Positions 60,056-64,000 of a DNA stretch of 64,000 bases are shown here, piece by piece. Positions within the stretch are counted from its first letter, which is position 1, and each line of letters begins with the position of its first letter. Both the position numbers and the translations under genes were made by a program. The notes below the pieces were generated by a model. It was not told the origin of the DNA and ran no database searches. It was given only the letters and a program-made list of their open reading frames with translations. The DNA comes from an uncultured Gemmatimonadales bacterium. GTDB taxonomy: Bacteria > Gemmatimonadota > Gemmatimonadetes > Gemmatimonadales > Gemmatimonadaceae. The stretch spans positions 160,001 to 224,000 of the forward strand of contig CAVPQB010000006.1 of the NCBI GenBank assembly GCA_963707505.1, written 5' to 3'.

Positions 60056-60192
60056 CGGCAATTATTGCCTGTAGGCAGAAATTACCGAGCAGATGCCTCG
60101 TTTCAGGACCGTGTAACGGCAGGTCAAGTCTTTATCTACCAATGACTTACACGGTTTATCAACAGGCTGCTCAGAGTGGTATCCGTGTTGCC
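60056..60192 (+). promoter_or_regulatory. sigma54 promoter region of the flgF operon
   Basis: CGGCAATTATTGCCT at 60056 and AGGCAGAAATTACCG at 60073; AAGTCTTTATCTACCAATGACTTA at 60126-60149; TGGTATCCGTGTTGCC at 60177-60192. Confidence 0.75.
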
Positions 60193-60225
60193 AATACGGA
60201 CCATGTCAAACCGGAGATCCGAAAA

Positions 60226-60951
60226 ATGGGTGCAAGTGTCCGACCGAATGGAATGTCCAGCGCCGCCGCCGCGCTCCGCTACTGGGAGCGCAGGCAGGAG
60301 GTCGCGTCGAACAACCTCGCGAACGTCTCGACCGACGGCTTCAAAGGCCAGAAGGTCTTCGCGCGCATGGTCGAAGGTGCACTCCCCGCCGCTGATGCGG
60401 TGACGGATTTCTCGCAGGGAACTCTGCAGAACACCAGCAATCCTCGCGACATAGCGCTGGACGGTCCCGGCTTTTTCGTAGTCAAGACTGCGAACGGCGA
60501 GCGATACAGCCGCGGCGGGTCGGTGCAGGTCAACGAATCCGGAGAGCTTACCGATTCGGCTGGTCACCAGCTGCTCGGCGAAAACGGTCCCATTCGTGTC
60601 GCGGCACGGGGCGACGACCAGATCGGAAACCTCCAGATCGCGAAGGACGGGACGGTATCCGTGGGTAACGCCGAGGTAGGGCGCCTGCGCATCGAGACAA
60701 TCCCGGCAAAAACAACACTTCTGACGGAAGGCAGCGGGCTGTTCATCCCACCCGCCGCACGCACGAAAATAGATCCCGACGCCCGAATTGTCCGACAGGG
60801 CGCTCTCGAACAGAGCAACGTGACGCCGATCAGCGAGATGGTGGACATGATCTCGATTCAGCGCTCGTTCACGGCAGTGCAGCAGGCAGTGACCGCGCTC
60901 GACACGACGCGTCAAATCGCGACAACCGAGCTGGCCCGCCCCGCAAACTAA
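60226..60951 (+). CDS. flgF: Basal-body rod protein FlgF
   Basis: SNNLANVSTDGFK, DIALDGPGFF, YSRGG and LEQSNV; GGAG RBS before ATG 60226. Confidence 0.88.
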   Translation: MGASVRPNGMSSAAAALRYWERRQEVASNNLANVSTDGFKGQKVFARMVEGALPAADAVTDFSQGTLQNTSNPRDIALDGPGFFVVKTANGERYSRGGSVQVNESGELTDSAGHQLLGENGPIRVAARGDDQIGNLQIAKDGTVSVGNAEVGRLRIETIPAKTTLLTEGSGLFIPPAARTKIDPDARIVRQGALEQSNVTPISEMVDMISIQRSFTAVQQAVTALDTTRQIATTELARPAN

Positions 60952-60963
60952 GGAGACTGACAC

Positions 60964-61758
60964 ATGGATCCCGCACTTCGCACAGCAGCAACAGGCATGC
61001 AGGCGCAGCAGACGCGCACCGACGTCATCGCCAACAATCTTGCCAACGTCAACACAACCGGCTTCAAGCGGAGCCGCGCACATTTCGAAGACCTGCTGTA
61101 CCAGACACTCCAGGGACCGGCAACGCTCGGCTCACGTGACACCGAGCAGCTTCCCGCCATCCAGGTTGGACTGGGTACACGCCTCACCGCCGTGCAGCGA
61201 ATCGATTCGCAGGGCTCGCTCGAGCAGACCTCTCGCCCGCTGGATCTCGCGATTCAGGGCGAGGGCTACTTCGAGGTGCAGATGCCGAACGGCAATACAG
61301 CGTACACGCGTGACGGAAGCCTTCAGGTCTCGGATCAGGGCGTGTTGGTGACTGGACAGGGCTATGCGATTCAGCCGCCCATCAGAGTTCCGAAGGAAGC
61401 GACGTCGATCACCATATCCGAGACTGGCGTCGTTACAGCCAACGGATTGACGACAGCTGCGGGCGGCACGCAGGAACTCGGGCGCATAGAGCTGGCGCGC
61501 TTCCCCAACTCATCGGGATTGGAATCGATGGGACAGAATCTCTTTACGGAGACCACGTCATCCGGCGAGCCGATCAGAGGGATGCCGACCGAGAATGGTA
61601 ACGGCAGCATCGCGCAGGGTTACCTCGAGTCCAGCAACGTCGAGATCGTCACCGAGATGGTGGACATGATCACTGCTCAGCGCGCCTACGAGATCAACTC
61701 CAAGGCGATCAAGAACAGCGAAGACATGGCGCAGACCGCTAACTCGTTGATGCGATAA
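60964..61758 (+). CDS. flgG: Distal rod protein FlgG
   Basis: ANNLANVNTTGFK, FEDLLYQ, YTRDG and QRAYEINSK. Confidence 0.96.
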   Translation: MDPALRTAATGMQAQQTRTDVIANNLANVNTTGFKRSRAHFEDLLYQTLQGPATLGSRDTEQLPAIQVGLGTRLTAVQRIDSQGSLEQTSRPLDLAIQGEGYFEVQMPNGNTAYTRDGSLQVSDQGVLVTGQGYAIQPPIRVPKEATSITISETGVVTANGLTTAAGGTQELGRIELARFPNSSGLESMGQNLFTETTSSGEPIRGMPTENGNGSIAQGYLESSNVEIVTEMVDMITAQRAYEINSKAIKNSEDMAQTANSLMR

Positions 61759-61760
61759 AG

Positions 61761-62216
61761 ATGAAGAGACACAACGCCGCATTTCTGGCCGGACTCATGT
61801 GCTTCGTGCACAGCGCACGCGCGCAATCCGTCGGTCGCGGTACGAACAGGGTCCCAGTCGCCGCGCGCGATCTCATGCGCGGGACGATTCTGTCATCCAC
61901 CGACATCAAGTGGACGGACACGACGTTGACCGATGGAAGCACACCGACCGCGGCGGCGGCCGTCGCGCCCGGATGGGTCGCGCGCCGAGTGATTCGCGCC
62001 GGTGAGATTCTTCAGGAACCTGGCGTCGCCAAGCCTGATCTCGTCAATGCCGGCGATGCGGTCGATGTGATTTACTCGGTACCGGGCGTCGCAATACGAA
62101 TGCATGGAACAGCGGTTGGACGCGGCAGCAAGGGCGACGAAGTGTATGTACGACTCGACAACAGACGGCGCCTGCGCGGCATAATCGCGGGACCGAACAC
62201 CGTGAGGGTGATGTAA
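61761..62216 (+). CDS. flgA: P-ring formation chaperone FlgA (short form)
   Basis: Signal peptide, VPVAARDLMRG SAF-like domain and LVNAGDAV. Confidence 0.85.
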   Translation: MKRHNAAFLAGLMCFVHSARAQSVGRGTNRVPVAARDLMRGTILSSTDIKWTDTTLTDGSTPTAAAAVAPGWVARRVIRAGEILQEPGVAKPDLVNAGDAVDVIYSVPGVAIRMHGTAVGRGSKGDEVYVRLDNRRRLRGIIAGPNTVRVM

Positions 62217-62936
62217 TGGGTGATGTAACGAGAAACAGAATCACCCGCGGATTTGCCGCGATCGCATCTGCCGCGATCGCATTTGCCGCGATCGCATCTG
62301 CCGGCAATCGCAGGTGCGTCCGTTGCGGGCGCGCAGGCACCGAGTACCGCCGCGCGAGCTGGAACGCAGGCTGCCGGTGCACAGCGGCGGCGCAATCAGC
62401 GCAGAGTGCCCCTCCGCTCACGTCAACAGCTGTGGCCGGCAGACAGTCGTGGCTCTCGGATCGTAGAGACTACCATCTGGGCGACATCGTGACCGTGCTG
62501 GTGGACGAGTACACGCTCACTTCGCTGGACAAGCAGGTGAATGCGACAGAAAACCGTCAACGTGGCCTTGGATTCGGCATCAACACGCCGTCGAGCAACA
62601 AGACCTACGGCATCAACTCGAACAACAACAACCAATCCCAGAACAGCGGGCTGGATGCAAGAACCAACCGGCTCACCACGGAGATGAGCGCACGCGTGGT
62701 AGCGATCGCTCCCAACGGAGTGATGCAGCTCAAGGGGAACAAGATCATCAAGGTCGAGGATAGCAAGGTCAACCTGATTCTCGTCCGGCTGGGTGCGCGT
62801 ACAGGACGTCGCTCCCGACAACAGCGTTCAATCATTTCGCATGGCTGACGCCGACCTCGATTACCAGGCGGACGGCCCGCTCGGCAAGGCGAAGAGCGGA
62901 ATAATCGGCAGGTTGCTCGGAGCGTTCTGGCCATGA
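62216..62936 (+). CDS. flgH: L-ring protein FlgH (apparent frameshifts near 62303, 62385 and 62785)
   Basis: SDRR..HLGDIVTVLV and SARVVAIAPNG; then GWVRVQDV...ADADL...GRLLGAFWP, stop at 62936. Confidence 0.85.
62251..62303 (+). repeat. 15-bp tandem repeat (ATYTGCCGCGATCGC, 3.5 copies) in the flgH signal peptide
   Basis: Encodes FAAIA/SAAIA units. Confidence 0.92.
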
Positions 62937-64000
62937 GGCGCAAACTCGAAACGATTACCGTTGCACTCGGCTGCTTCGCGCTGCTCGCGTTCCAGGCAGG
63001 CGCACAATCAGCGCGCATTCGCGATATAACGATGGCCGATGGATCGATGCCTGTTCGCCTGCTCGGCTACGGCATCGTAGTGGGCCTGGACGGGACCGGT
63101 GATCGTGGCATCGGCGGACAACAGGGTGGCCAGACTGTTCAGTCAGTCGCGAACCTTCTGCGTCGCTTCGACATCGAGATTCCCGCCGAAGCGCTTCGGA
63201 CACGCAACGCTGCTGCCGTGCTCGTTACGGCCGAAGTGTCGCCGTATCTGAGGGCCGGCGGAAAGTTCGACATCACCATCTCGTCGCTCGGCGATGCTCG
63301 CTCGCTGCGCGGAGGGACGCTGTGGATGACTCCACTGGTGACCGATGCAGGCGCGCAGGCAGTTGGAACTGCGCAGGGCTCGATCGTCATAAGCGACGGC
63401 AACATCAACTCGCGCGACTTCAATACCGTGGAGACATCGGGACGCATCCCGAGCGGTGGCTTGCTCGAAGGGTCGGTGACGACGGCGAGCTTCGCCAATT
63501 CGTCGCGACTTCTATTGAAAGAGCCTGACATTGGAACCGCGACCAAAATCGTCGCGGCGATCAATCAGGCGATCGGCGCGAATACCGCAAAGGTGGAAGA
63601 TCCCGGCTCTGTCGAGCTTACGCTCCCGACAACCGGCGACCGCGCGACCACCATCGTCAAGATTCAGGATCTCAAGGTCACTCCGGACCGATCCAACAAG
63701 CTCGTCATCGATGGACGCGACGGAACCGTGGTGGCGGGTGGCGACATGACAGTAGGTGAAGCGGTGGTGAGCCACGGCGGGGTCACGCTGACGATTGGCG
63801 GCCCTGCCGCAGCGCCGGCTGGTCCATCGGCGGCAGCGGCCGGACCGCCGGGGCCGAATGCGGCGGGCGGTGGTGGAAACCAGGCTGTGCGAGTCGCAAC
63901 GGGCGCGTCGGTTCAGGCCGTAGCGGCGGCATTGCAGGCGGTTCAGACATCGCCATCCGAAATCGCGGCGATCTTCGAAGCCCTGCGCGAAGTGGGAGCG
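62933..64000 (+). CDS. flgI: P-ring protein FlgI (3' end outside the window)
   Basis: Read directly from the sequence: ARIRDI, LLGYGIVVGLDGTGD, NAAAVLVTA, SSLGDARSLRGGTL, GTVVAG and VSHGGVTL. Confidence 0.94.
   Translation, partial: MRRKLETITVALGCFALLAFQAGAQSARIRDITMADGSMPVRLLGYGIVVGLDGTGDRGIGGQQGGQTVQSVANLLRRFDIEIPAEALRTRNAAAVLVTAEVSPYLRAGGKFDITISSLGDARSLRGGTLWMTPLVTDAGAQAVGTAQGSIVISDGNINSRDFNTVETSGRIPSGGLLEGSVTTASFANSSRLLLKEPDIGTATKIVAAINQAIGANTAKVEDPGSVELTLPTTGDRATTIVKIQDLKVTPDRSNKLVIDGRDGTVVAGGDMTVGEAVVSHGGVTLTIGGPAAAPAGPSAAAAGPPGPNAAGGGGNQAVRVATGASVQAVAAALQAVQTSPSEIAAIFEALREVGA

Noticed and set aside
60142..60225. Longer N-terminus for flgF
   Set aside because: It overlaps the predicted sigma54 promoter; ATG 60226 has a GGAG RBS.
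1..64000. CRISPR arrays, tRNA/rRNA genes, IS elements and integrases
   Set aside because: No spaced direct repeats, RNA-gene signatures or transposase/recombinase motifs were recognised by eye; small ncRNAs cannot be excluded without a covariance search.

Overview
GC-rich bacterial window. The gene content suggests Gemmatimonadota, but that is an inference. Bases 1-26.4 kb are mixed housekeeping and envelope genes: phasin/H1-like protein, ArgE/DapE, RNase HI, NDH-2, an ABC transporter with a PIG-L deacetylase and sucA, MOSC, THUMP methyltransferase, MprF-like synthase, GT39/ArnT-like protein, RecQ, MscS, SufE and flotillin/NfeD. From 26.4 kb to the end is a large flagellar cluster. Its minus-strand late arm carries flgL, fliW, fliC, a giant fliD, fliS, flgM, cheY, a cheZ-like gene, a hybrid kinase and a REC-pseudoHpt gene, with five sigma28-like promoters. 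A divergent sigma54 activator precedes the plus-strand early arm (flgBC-orf-fliEFGHIJ-motE-fliK-flgDE / fliLMNOPQR-flhBA-flhG-like-fliA / flgFGAHI). Three sigma54 promoters in this arm share one enhancer plus AT-rich-box architecture. The main observation is that the gene at the fliK position encodes a hook-length ruler with an internal M15C-type (CwlK/Ply500-like) peptidoglycan endopeptidase domain whose expected Zn and catalytic residues are all present. About 15 genes have single-base frameshifts, most likely sequencing indels. No RNA genes, CRISPR arrays or mobile elements were recognised.
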